NCBI GenBank assembly: GCA_040954595.2 | Contig: CM082576.2 | Span: 1,584,660-1,648,659 of the forward strand | From: Balanoglossus misakiensis | Taxonomy: Eukaryota; Animalia; Hemichordata | Reading direction: 5' to 3' | DNA: 64,000 nt | Shown: positions 32,175 through 58,200 of the stretch, in pieces | How the letters are laid out: every line of letters begins with the position of its first letter | Position numbering within the stretch: the stretch's first letter is position 1 | Program-made: the position numbers and the translations under genes | The notes under the pieces: model-generated | The model's input: only the letters and a program-made list of their open reading frames with translations | What the model was told of the DNA's origin: nothing | Database searches by the model: none

Positions 32175-33066
32175 TATTATGTATCATTGAGTTTGTGTTC
32201 TGTAATGAGAAACATGGCAATTTAAAAATGTCATCGAACTTCTAGCAGTGGCTATTATTTTTGTTTGTATGCTTTAGGATCAACGGACCAACTGTCTTTG
32301 TGTGGAATGTTAACTGAAGTTTTATTACCAGTAGTTTGGAAATTAAACTATAGTATTGAGGAGCCTGTGTGGGTTTGCATTGAACTAGTACTGGAGAACA
32401 ACATGTGTGTACATGTATTTTTGTTGTAGTCAATATTGTAACATCCTATTCCATCCCAGTCAAAATTACAATCATGGTTTTTGCTGATAACACTGAAATA
32501 AACTGCACAGAAATTAATACCAGGTTTGTGATAGTTATTTTATGTAGCAAGGTTTGAGAACTATGAATACCCATCCAGGTCAGAACTTGAACAAATGACA
32601 TATCAAAATAGCTTCATGCCCTCTCCCCTGACGAAGAGATTCCGTTTACCATATTTCAATGCTGTCAAAAACAAGACTAATGGTTGACACCGATGAGACT
32701 TGAGGCTCTTTGACCGTCGTCTGCAATCGACAGCCAGTTCCATCCAAGAAACTTCAGTTCTGTGGGGGAAAACAGACGTAACAGTCGCAATTAAATTACT
32801 GCCACATTGAAGCGCTGGGGGCGCTGTGCAAGTTGACCTAACTTGACTCTCCAACTGAATGACCCTTGACCGGCGCCTGGACTGCTGAATTGTTTGTCGC
32901 GGTTTGATTACTAATATTTGTCCTGGTGAGGTCTTAGCGTTTGGTCTGAACAGGAAAAATACAAATCTACGATTTTATTTTATTATTTTTATCTGCAAAG
33001 ACAGCGTAAGGCAAGTCACTCACCTACGTGCACAAACGACGAAACGTGAGTTGAAGGAGTTCGAAG

Positions 33067-45578
<12,512 letters not shown>

Positions 45579-48026
45579 ATAGAGAGACCTTGTCAGCATT
45601 CACATACATATTTCTACATTGTTGTGTGTAATGTCAGATTCATACGGGATGTTTTTTCTTGTATTTACTCACTCTTAGACTCTCTCACAGCCTCTCTCAC
45701 AGCCTGTGCAGACTTATGGTCTGATTGAACGCTTGAGGATGCATCAGTATGCAACATGTAAAGAACAAGCCCTGTAGGGAACCGTGGGCTGTGAGACAGT
45801 CTACCTCACTCTGTCCTTGCCTCGTCTATGCAGAGATTACTGTAATTTACTTTGAAATATGAAACTTGCTAAATAATGAAATATTTATGGGTTTCTGATT
45901 GTCAGCACAGACTGATTCTGTCTCTAAAAGATTCAAAACATCTCCAATTCCCTATATATCCTTTCTTTAAGTAATGACAGATATCCTCAACCCAGACAAT
46001 ACGTGTGATTCAAAAGCGTGGAAAGCTTGATGTGTAGCAGTGATAATACAGGTACATTGGTTTGTGTGAAAATCATGCTAGATTAGGTAATAATGACCAA
46101 AACAGGTAATATGTACAAGTACTGTTATCTTTGTGTTTTTGTGTTTAGTAGATGATTAGCATAATGCCTGAAGTTTGATTGTTTTTAGACACAGGTCATT
46201 CTCTGAATGACACCATCATTGTTATCATTAGCATGAACATCAAATTCACAACATAGTTTGTAATGTATTATTCCATACTTTATGTTTACCTGAAGGACTG
46301 AATAATGTTACTGAATCAGTCATCACAAAGTGCATATAACATCAATGATAGGCGATTGGATCAATTTATACTCTGATTGTGAAAATACTGCTAAAATATT
46401 GTGTTCTAAGTAAGTGTACATTTCTTACCTTTTTTAGTATTTCCTGACCTTGGTGGTTGTGGTTTGAGAGAATGTCAGTTTAACCCTTTCACCGACATGG
46501 TTTGGTTCAACTCCATTGTTGTCAATGGCAGTGTTGGACATCTCTACAGGGAAATAGGGGTGATAGGGTTCACAAAGTGAAAACTACTGTGTACAGACAG
46601 AAGCCAGCAGTCATTGTTTTAAGTGATGGTCTTTGTAACAACAACTTTCACAGCCTTTGGCCGTAAACCTTTTAGTCAAATTTCCCTTCTGTTCCTTGTT
46701 GCTCTAAAGTCCCACTGTGTGGAACTTGTACACTTTCTTCTGATGAATGTACATTCAAATAGAATAGACTCTCTGGTTTGATTGAAATGTTTTATATCAA
46801 ATAGATACAAAGCTTTAATTCTGTGAATACAATTTCCATGACCCCTGTATGACCTTGCCTTCTGGTATTTTGGTGGAAGTGTGGCAATTTTTCAGTGTTC
46901 TTGTTTTGGTAGAAGTTGAATAGCTTGAGTTAACATGGTGGCGTTATGTCTATTACTCGACTCATACAAATTCAAAAACAAAACAGGGATGTGTCAGAGG
47001 TCATGCAAATTGCCAAGTCACACACTTTACAAAGCAGATCTTGCTACAGTGTTTCACAGTGCATTCACCATTGCAGATGTAGTCCGTGCTCAGAATTGCT
47101 GAGATTGATTGAATTATAAGACATTGCATCTTTAAAGAGATGAGTTTATCAGTAGATGTGTTAAATTAATACTGGACAAAGTTGTAATGTTGTAATTGCT
47201 TTTGAGAAACTTGGACTATTCTGCATCAGTCAATCATCAGCAAGAAATGAAACTGAATACATTATACTAAACAGGATTGTTATTTCATTAAAAAAAGTAA
47301 ATATAAAGGCTATTCCGTCTATTATGATAGATTCTTATGATGAGAGAAGAGAAATATAATTATAATGATAGTTCTATATGATGGCATTTTTAAGACATGT
47401 AGTTTTATGTTTGTTGGATTTTGAAATGTTAAAGCATTTTTCCAATGAGGTTTTTGTTTTATTTACTTGATTGGAGTGTTGCAATATGATGTGTACATTA
47501 TATTCCATGGCATTCTAGGTCAGTACAATTCAGCAGATTTTCTACAAAGTAGCCACAGCATCATAATTGTCATGAATCAAGTGTTTCAGTTGTGTGCTTA
47601 TGATATGATATTGCTTTGATAAAATTGTAAAATGTGGTCCAGTCAACTATTATCTTAGCGAACTCATTCACAGCAGTATTAAAATTCATGACAACTCAAA
47701 AGCAACAACGCTGAAAGCTGTGTGTGCATAATGTTTCTTTCAATATTATCGAGCACACTGTCCTCTATCAGACATTATATTATACCAGTATATTGATGGA
47801 GTAAATCACGCTATTTTATTGGTCGAGACACGACACGTGACTGTGATATATTCGTCATATACAACAGTCATATATCACACAAAACTCATAGTAAAAGAAA
47901 ATTCCTTTTTAAAATGTTTTATGCAAAGTCTCAATATACTGGTATAATATAATAGCAATAAAACACCCCCAGCCATGGTATACCACTCGATTTTGACCAG
48001 TTCAACTCCATATACGCAGAAACTCA

Positions 48027-49262
48027 TTTTTGACACTTTTCGTGAGCTGTAACCCATGAAAAATGCCCAATATGACAAAATCACCAAAAGTTTCCAAAGT
48101 CGAGAATTTGTCATTTTTGACACTTTTCGTGAGCTGTAACCCATGAAAAATGCCCAATATGACAAAATCACCAAAAGTTTCCAAAGTCGAGAATTTGTCA
48201 TTTTTGACACTTTTCGTGAGCTGTAACCCATGAAAAATGACAAAATCACAAAAGTTTGCAAAAGTCGAGTATTTGTCATTTTTGACACATTTCGTGAACT
48301 ATAACACATGAAAAATGTCAAAAATGACAACATCACAAAAGTTTCCAAAGTCGAGAATTTCTCATCTGTCGACCGTTTTCATGAGCTATAACCCATGAAA
48401 AATGTCCAAAATGACAAAATCACAAAAGTTTGCAAAAGTCGAGTATTTGTCATTTTTGACACTTTTCGTGAACTAAAACCCATGAAAATGTCAAAAACGA
48501 CAAAATCACCAAAGTTTGCAAAAGTAGAGAATTTCCCATCTCTTGACCGTTTTCATGAGCTATAACCCATGAAAAATGCCCAATATGACAAAATCACCAA
48601 AGTTTGCAAAAGTCGAGTATTTGTCATTTTTGACACTTTTCGTGAACTAAAACCCATGAAAATGTCAAAAACGACAAAATCACCAAAGTTTGCAAAAGTC
48701 GAGTATTTGTCATTTTTGACACTTTTCGTGAACTATAACCCATGAAAAATGCCAAAAATGACAAAATCACCAAAGTTTCGAAAGTCGGGAATTTCTTATT
48801 TGTCGACCGTTTTCGTGAACTATAACCCATGGAAAATGACAAAATGACAAAATCACCAAATTTTCCAAAGTCTAGAATTTCTCATCTCTTGACCGTTTTC
48901 ATGAGCTATAACCCATGAAAAATGTCAAAAATGACAAAATCACCAATGTTTGCAAAAGTCGATTATTTGTCATTTTTGCCACTTTTCATGGGTTATAGCT
49001 CATGAAAACCAGTCGACAGAAGAGAAATATCCGACTTTGGAAAATTGGGTGATTTTATCATTTTGGACATTTTTCATGTGTTATAGCTCATGAAAACGGT
49101 CAAGAGATGAGAAATTCTCGACTTTGGAAACTTTGATGATTTTGGACATTTTTCATGGGTTATAGCACATGAAAACGGTCGACAAATGAGAAATTCCCGA
49201 CATTGGAAAATTTGTTGATTTTGTCATTTTGGACATTTTTCATGGGTTATAGCTCATGAAAA
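48027..49262. repeat. Diverged 87-bp satellite subfamily (array edge), last ~3 monomers inverted
   Basis: Period 87 (CGTGAGCTGTAACCCATG at 48041, 48128 and 48215) with heterogeneous monomers. Shares CATGAGCTATAACCCATG and AAAGTCGA with the main satellite. Orientation is reversed from ~48987 to 49262. Confidence 0.9.
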
Positions 49263-52200
49263 TATAACCCATGATTTTTATCAAAAATCGGAGAAATTTT
49301 GAAATTTCGCAAAGTCGAAAAATTGTCATTTTCGGATGATTTTCATGAGCTATAACCCATGATTTTTTCAAAAAATGAAGAAATTTTGAAATTTCGGAAA
49401 GTCGAAAAATTGTCATGAGCTATAACCCATGATTTTGTCAAAAAATGAAGAAATTTTGAAATTTCGGAAAGTCGAAAAATTGTCGTTTTCGGATGATTTT
49501 CATGAGCTATAACCCATGATTTTGTCAAAAAATGAAGAAATTTTGAAATTTCGGAAAGTCGAAAAATTGTCATTTTCGAATGATTTTCATGAGCTATAAC
49601 CCATGATTTTGTCAAAAAATGAAGAAATTTTGAAATTTCGGAAAGTCGAAAAATTGTCATTTTCGGATGATTTTCATGAGCTATAACCCATGATTTTGTC
49701 AAAAAATGAAGAAATTTTGAAATTTCGGAAAGTCGAAAAATTGTCATTTTCGGATGATTTTCATGAGCTATAAACCATGATTTTGTCAAAAAATGAAGAA
49801 ATTTTGAAATTTCGGAAAGTCGAAAAATTGTCGTTTTCGGATGATTTTCATGAGCTATAACCCATGATTTTGTCAAAAAATGAAGAAATTTTGAAATTTC
49901 GGAAAGTCGAAAAATTGTCATTTTCGGATGATTTTCATGAGCTATAACCCATGATTTTGTCAAAAAATGAAGAAATTTTGAAATTTCGGAAAGTCGAAAA
50001 ATTGTCATTTTCGGATGATTTTCATGAGCTATAACCCATGATTTTCTCAAAAAATGAAGAAATTTTGAAATTTCGGAAAGTCGAAAAATTGTCATTTTCG
50101 GATGATTTTCATGAGCTATAACCCATGATTTTGTCAAAAAATGAAGAAATTTTGAAATTTCGGAAAGTCGAAAAATTGTCATTTTCGGATGATTTTCATG
50201 AGCTATAACCCATGATTTTGTCAAAAAATGAAGAAATTTTGAAATTTCGGAAAGTCGAAAAATTGTCATTTTCGGATGATTTTCATGGGCTATAACCCAT
50301 GATTTTGTCAAAAAATGAAGAAATTTTGAAATTTCGGAAAGTCGAAAAATTGTCATTTTCGGATGATTTTCATGGGCTATAACCCATGATTTTGTCAAAA
50401 AATGAAGAAATTTTGAAATTTCGGAAAGTCGAAAAATTGTCATTTTCGGATGATTTTCATGGGCTATAACCCATGATTTTCTCAAAAAATGAAGAAATTT
50501 TGAAATTTCGGAAAGTCGAAAAATTGTCATTTTCGGATGATTTTCATGGGCTATAACCCATGATTTTCTCAAAAAATGAAGAAATTTTGAAATTTCGGAA
50601 AGTCGAAAAATTGTCATTTTCGGATGATTTTCATGAGCTATAACCCATGATTTTGTCAAAAAATGAAGAAATTTTGAAATTTCGGAAAGTCGAAAAATTG
50701 TCATTTTCGGATGATTTTCATGAGCTATAACCCATGATTTTGTCAAAAAATGAAGAAATTTTGAAATTTCGGAAAGTCGAAAAATTGTCATTTTCGGATG
50801 ATTACCCATGATTTTGTCAAAAAATGAAGAAATTTTGAAATTTCGGAAAGTCGAAAAATTGTCAATTTCGGATGATTTTCATGAGCTATAACCCATGATT
50901 TTGTCAAAAAATGAAGAAATTTTGAAATTTCGGAAAGTCGAAAAATTGTCAATTTCGGATGATTTTCATGAGCTATAACCCATGATTTTGTCAAAAAATG
51001 AAGAAATTTTGAAATTTCGGAAAGTCGAAAAATTGTCATTTTCGGATGATTTTCATGAGCTATAACCCATGATTTTGTCAAAAAATGAAGAAATTTTGAA
51101 ATTTCGGAAAGTCGAAAAATTGTCATTTTCGGATGATTTTCATGAGCTATAACCCATGATTTTGTCAAAAAATGAAGAAATTTTGAAACTTCGGAAAGTC
51201 GAAAAATTGTCATTTTCGGATGATTTTCATGAGCTATAACCCATGATTTTGTCAAAAAATGAAGAAATTTTGAAATTTCGGAAAGTCGAAAAATTGTCAT
51301 TTTCGGATGATTTTCATGAGCTATAACCCATGATTTTGTCAAAAAATGAAGAAATTTTGAAATTTCGGAAAGTCGAAAAATTGTCATTTTCGGATGATTT
51401 TCATGAGCTATAACCCATGATTTTGTCAAAAAATGAAGAAATTTTGAAATTTCGGAAAGTCGAAAAATTGTCATTTTCGGATGATTTTCATGAGCTATAA
51501 CCCATGATTTTGTCAAAAAATGAAGAAATTTTGAAATTTCGGAAAGTCGAAAAATTGTCATTTTCGGATGATTTTCATGAGCTATAACCCATGATTTTGT
51601 CAAAAAATGAAGAAATTTTGAAATTTCGGAAAGTCGAAAAATTGTCATTTTCGGATGATTTTCATGAGCTATAACCCATGATTTTGTCAAAAAATGAAGA
51701 AATTTTGAAATTTCGGAAAGTCGAAAAATTGTCAATTTCGGATGATTTTCATGAGCTATAACCCATGATTTTGTCAAAAAATGAAGAAATTTTGAAATTT
51801 CGGAAAGTCGAAAAATTGTCATTTTCGGATGATTTTCATGAGCTATAACCCATGATTTTGTCAAAAAATGAAGAAATTTTGAAATTTCGGAAAGTCGAAA
51901 AATTGTCATTTTCGGATGATTTTCATGAGCTATAACCCATGATTTTGTCAAAAAATGAAGAAATTTTGAAATTTCGGAAAGTCGAAAAATTGTCATTTTC
52001 GGATGATTTTCATGAGCTATAACCCATGATTTTGTCAAAAAATGAAGAAATTTTGAAATTTCGGAAAGTCGAAAAATTGTCATTTTCGGATGATTTTCAT
52101 GAGCTATAACCCATGATTTTGTCAAAAAATGAAGAAATTTTGAAATTTCGGAAAGTCGAAAAATTGTCATTTTCGGATGATTTTCATGAGCTATAACCCA

Positions 52201-55200
52201 TGATTTTGTCAAAAAATGAAGAAATTTTGAAATTTCGGAAAGTCGAAAAATTGTCATTTTCGGATGATTTTCATGAGCTATAACCCATGATTTTGTCAAA
52301 AAATGAAGAAATTTTGAAATTTCGGAAAGTCGAAAAATTGTCATTTTCGGATGATTTTCATGAGCTATAACCCATGATTTTGTCAAAAAATGAAGAAATT
52401 TTGAAATTTCGGAAAGTCGAAAAATTGTCATTTTCGGATGATTTTCATGGGCTATAACCCATGATTTTGTCAAAAAATGAAGAAATTTTGAAATTTCGGA
52501 AAGTCGAAAAATTGTCATTTTCGGATGATTTTCATGGGCTATAACCCATGATTTTCTCAAAAAATGAAGAAATTTTGAAATTTCGGAAAGTCGAAAAATT
52601 GTCATTTTCGGATGATTTTCATGGGCTATAACCCATGATTTTCTCAAAAAATGAAGAAATTTTGAAATTTCGGAAAGTCGAAAAATTGTCATTTTCGGAT
52701 GATTTTCATGGGCTATAACCCATGATTTTCTCAAAAAATGAAGAAATTTTGAAATTTCGGAAAGTCGAAAAATTGTCATTTTCGGATGATTTTCATGAGC
52801 TATAACCCATGATTTTGTCAAAAAATGAAGAAATTTTGAAATTTCGGAAAGTCGAAAAATTGTCATTTTCGGATGATTTTCATGAGCTATAACCCATGAT
52901 TTTGTCAAAAAATGAAGAAATTTTGAAATTTCGGAAAGTCGAAAAATTGTCATTTTCGGATGATTACCCATGATTTTGTCAAAAAATGAAGAAATTTTGA
53001 AATTTCGGAAAGTCGAAAAATTGTCAATTTCGGATGATTTTCATGAGCTATAACCCATGATTTTGTCAAAAAATGAAGAAATTTTGAAATTTCGGAAAGT
53101 CGAAAAATTGTCAATTTCGGATGATTTTCATGAGCTATAACCCATGATTTTGTCAAAAAATGAAGAAATTTTGAAATTTCGGAAAGTCGAAAAATTGTCA
53201 TTTTCGGATGATTTTCATGAGCTATAACCCATGATTTTGTCAAAAAATGAAGAAATTTTGAAATTTCGGAAAGTCGAAAAATTGTCATTTTCGGATGATT
53301 TTCATGAGCTATAACCCATGATTTTGTCATAAAATGAAGAAATTTTGAAACTTCGGAAAGTCGAAAAATTGTCATTTTCGGATGATTTTCATGAGCTATA
53401 ACCCATGATTTTGTCAAAAAATGAAGAAATTTTGAAATTTCGGAAAGTCGAAAAATTGTCATTTTCGGATGATTTTCATGAGCTATAACCCATGATTTTG
53501 TCAAAAAATGAAGAAATTTTGAAATTTCGGAAAGTCGAAAAATTGTCAATTTCGGATGATTTTCATGAGCTATAACCCATGATTTTGTCAAAAAATGAAG
53601 AAATTTTGAAATTTCGGAAAGTCGAAAAATTGTCATTTTCGGATGATTTTCATGAGCTATAACCCATGATTTTGTCAAAAAATGAAGAAATTTTGAAATT
53701 TCGGAAAGTCGAAAAATTGTCATTTTCGGATGATTTTCATGAGCTATAACCCATGATTTTGTCAAAAAATGAAGAAATTTTGAAATTTCGGAAAGTCGAA
53801 AAATTGTCATTTTCGGATGATTTTCATGAGCTATAACCCATGATTTTGTCAAAAAATGAAGAAATTTTGAAATTTCGGAAAGTCGAAAAATTGTCATTTT
53901 CGGATGATTTTCATGAGCTATAACCCATGATTTTGTCAAAAAATGAAGAAATTTTGAAATTTCGGAAAGTCGAAAAATTGTCATTTTCGGATGATTTTCA
54001 TGAGCTATAACCCATGATTTTGTCAAAAAATGAAGAAATTTTGAAATTTCGGAAAGTCGAAAAATTGTCATTTTCGGATGATTTTCATGAGCTATAACCC
54101 ATGATTTTGTCAAAAAATGAAGAAATTTTGAAATTTCGGAAAGTCGAAAAATTGTCATTTTCGGATGATTTTCATGAGCTATAACCCATGATTTTGTCAA
54201 AAAATGAAGAAATTTTGAAATTTCGGAAAGTCGAAAAATTGTCATTTTCGGATGATTTTCATGAGCTATAACCCATGATTTTGTCAAAAAATGAAGAAAT
54301 TTTGAAATTTCGGAAAGTCGAAAAATTGTCATTTTCGGATGATTTTCATGAGCTATAACCCATGATTTTGTCAAAAAATGAAGAAATTTTGAAATTTCGG
54401 AAAGTCGAAAAATTGTCATTTTCGGATGATTTTCATGAGCTATAACCCATGATTTTGTCAAAAAATGAAGAAATTTTGAAATTTCGGAAAGTCGAAAAAT
54501 TGTCATTTTCGGATGATTTTCATGAGCTATAACCCATGATTTTGTCAAAAAATGAAGAAATTTTGAAATTTCGGAAAGTCGAAAAATTGTCATTTTCGGA
54601 TGATTTTCATGAGCTATAACCCATGATTTTGTCAAAAAATGAAGAAATTTTGAAATTTCGGAAAGTCGAAAAATTGTCATTTTCGGATGATTTTCATGGG
54701 CTATAACCCATGATTTTGTCAAAAAATGAAGAAATTTTGAAATTTCGGAAAGTCGAAAAATTGTCATTTTCGGATGATTTTCATGGGCTATAACCCATGA
54801 TTTTCTCAAAAAATGAAGAAATTTTGAAATTTCGGAAAGTCGAAAAATTGTCATTTTCGGATGATTTTCATGGGCTATAACCCATGATTTTCTCAAAAAA
54901 TGAAGAAATTTTGAAATTTCGGAAAGTCGAAAAATTGTCATTTTCGGATGATTTTCATGGGCTATAACCCATGATTTTCTCAAAAAATGAAGAAATTTTG
55001 AAATTTCGGAAAGTCGAAAAATTGTCATTTTCGGATGATTTTCATGAGCTATAACCCATGATTTTGTCAAAAAATGAAGAAATTTTGAAATTTCGGAAAG
55101 TCGAAAAATTGTCATTTTCGGATGATTTTCATGAGCTATAACCCATGATTTTGTCAAAAAATGAAGAAATTTTGAAATTTCGGAAAGTCGAAAAATTGTC

Positions 55201-58200
55201 ATTTTCGGATGATTTACCCATGATTTTGTCAAAAAATGAAGAAATTTTGAAATTTCGGAAAGTCGAAAAATTGTCAATTTCGGATGATTTTCATGAGCTA
55301 TAACCCATGATTTTGTCAAAAAATGAAGAAATTTTGAAATTTCGGAAAGTCGAAAAATTGTCAATTTCGGATGATTTTCATGAGCTATAACCCATGATTT
55401 TGTCAAAAAATGAAGAAATTTTGAAATTTCGGAAAGTCGAAAAATTGTCATTTTCGGATGATTTTCATGAGCTATAACCCATGATTTTGTCAAAAAATGA
55501 AGAAATTTTGAAATTTCGGAAAGTCGAAAAATTGTCATTTTCGGATGATTTTCATGAGCTATAACCCATGATTTTGTCAAAAAATGAAGAAATTTTGAAA
55601 CTTCGGAAAGTCGAAAAATTGTCATTTTCGGATGATTTTCATGAGCTATAACCCATGATTTTGTCAAAAAATGAAGAAATTTTGAAATTTCGGAAAGTCG
55701 AAAAATTGTCATTTTCGGATGATTTTCATGAGCTATAACCCATGATTTTGTCAAAAAATGAAGAAATTTTGAAATTTCGGAAAGTCGAAAAATTGTCAAT
55801 TTCGGATGATTTTCATGAGCTATAACCCATGATTTTGTCAAAAAATGAAGAAATTTTGAAATTTCGGAAAGTCGAAAAATTGTCATTTTCGGATGATTTT
55901 CATGAGCTATAACCCATGATTTTGTCAAAAAATGAAGAAATTTTGAAATTTCGGAAAGTCGAAAAATTGTCATTTTCGGATGATTTTCATGAGCTATAAC
56001 CCATGATTTTGTCAAAAAATGAAGAAATTTTGAAATTTCGGAAAGTCGAAAAATTGTCATTTTCGGATGATTTTCATGAGCTATAACCCATGATTTTGTC
56101 AAAAAATGAAGAAATTTTGAAATTTCGGAAAGTCGAAAAATTGTCATTTTCGGATGATTTTCATGAGCTATAACCCATGATTTTGTCAAAAAATGAAGAA
56201 ATTTTGAAATTTCGGAAAGTCGAAAAATTGTCATTTTCGGATGATTTTCATGAGCTATAACCCATGATTTTGTCAAAAAATGAAGAAATTTTGAAATTTC
56301 GGAAAGTCGAAAAATTGTCATTTTCGGATGATTTTCATGAGCTATAACCCATGATTTTGTCAAAAAATGAAGAAATTTTGAAATTTCGGAAAGTCGAAAA
56401 ATTGTCATTTTCGGATGATTTTCATGAGCTATAACCCATGATTTTGTCAAAAAATGAAGAAATTTTGAAATTTCGGAAAGTCGAAAAATTGTCATTTTCG
56501 GATGATTTTCATGAGCTATAACCCATGATTTTGTCAAAAAATGAAGAAATTTTGAAATTTCGGAAAGTCGAAAAATTGTCATTTTCGGATGATTTTCATG
56601 AGCTATAACCCATGATTTTGTCAAAAAATGAAGAAATTTTGAAATTTCGGAAAGTCGAAAAATTGTCATTTTCGGATGATTTTCATGGGCTATAACCCAT
56701 GATTTTGTCAAAAAATGAAGAAATTTTGAAATTTCGGAAAGTCGAAAAATTGTCATTTTCGGATGATTTTCATGGGCTATAACCCATGATTTTGCTTACT
56801 CCAAAAAATGAAGAAATTTTGAAATTTCGGAAAGTCGAAAAATTGTCATTTTCGGATGATTTTCATGGGCTATAACCCATGATTTTCTCAAAAAATGAAG
56901 AAATTTTGAAATTTCGGAAAGTCGAAAAATTGTCATTTTCGGATGATTTTCATGGGCTATAACCCATGATTTTCTCAAAAAATGAAGAAATTTTGAAATT
57001 TCGGAAAGTCGAAAAATTGTCATTTTCGGATGATTTTCATGAGCTATAACCCATGATTTTCTCAAAAAATGAAGAAATTTTGAAATTTCGGAAAGTCGAA
57101 AAATTGTCATTTTCGGATGATTTTCATGAGCTATAACCCATGATTTTGTCAAAAAATGAAGAAATTTTGAAATTTCGGAAAGTCGAAAAATTGTCATTTT
57201 CGGATGATTTTCATGAGCTATAACCCATGATTTTGTCAAAAAATGAAGAAATTTTGAAATTTCGGAAAGTCGAAAAATTGTCATTTTCGGATGATTTTCA
57301 TGAGCTATAACCCATGATTTTGTCAAAAAATGAAGAAATTTTGAAATTTCGGAAAGTCGAAAAATTGTCATTTTCGGATGATTTTCATGAGCTATAACCC
57401 ATGATTTTGTCAAAAAATGAAGAAATTTTGAAATTTCGGAAAGTCGAAAAATTGTCATTTTCGGATGATTTTCATGAGCTATAACCCATGATTTTGTCAA
57501 AAAATGAAGAAATTTTGAAATTCGGAAAGTCGAAAAATTGTCATTTTCGGATGATTTTCATGAGCTATAACCCATGATTTTGTCAAAAAATGAAGAAATT
57601 TTGAAATTTCGGAAAGTCGAAAAATTGTCATTTTCGGATGATTTTCATGAGCTATAACCCATGATTTTGTCAAAAAATGAAGAAATTTTGAAATTTCGGA
57701 AAGTCGAAAAATTGTCATTTTCGGATGATTTTCATGAGCTATAACCCATGATTTTGTCAAAAAATGAAGAAATTTTGAAATTCGGAAAGTCGAAAAATTG
57801 TCATTTTCGGATGATTTTCATGAGCTATAACCCATGATTTTGTCAAAAAATGAAGAAATTTTGAAATTTCGGAAAGTCGAAAAATTGTCATTTTCGGATG
57901 ATTTTCATGAGCTATAACCCATGATTTTGTCAAAAAATGAAGAAATTTTGAAATTTCGGAAAGTCGAAAAATTGTCATTTTCGGATGATTTTCATGAGCT
58001 ATAACCCATGATTTTGTCAAAAAATGAAGAAATTTTGAAATTTCGGAAAGTCGAAAAATTGTCATTTTCGGATGATTTTCATGAGCTATAACCCATGATT
58101 TTGTCAAAAAATGAAGAAATTTTGAAATTTCGGAAAGTCGAAAAATTGTCATTTTCGGATGATTTTCATGAGCTATAACCCATGATTTTGTCAAAAAATG

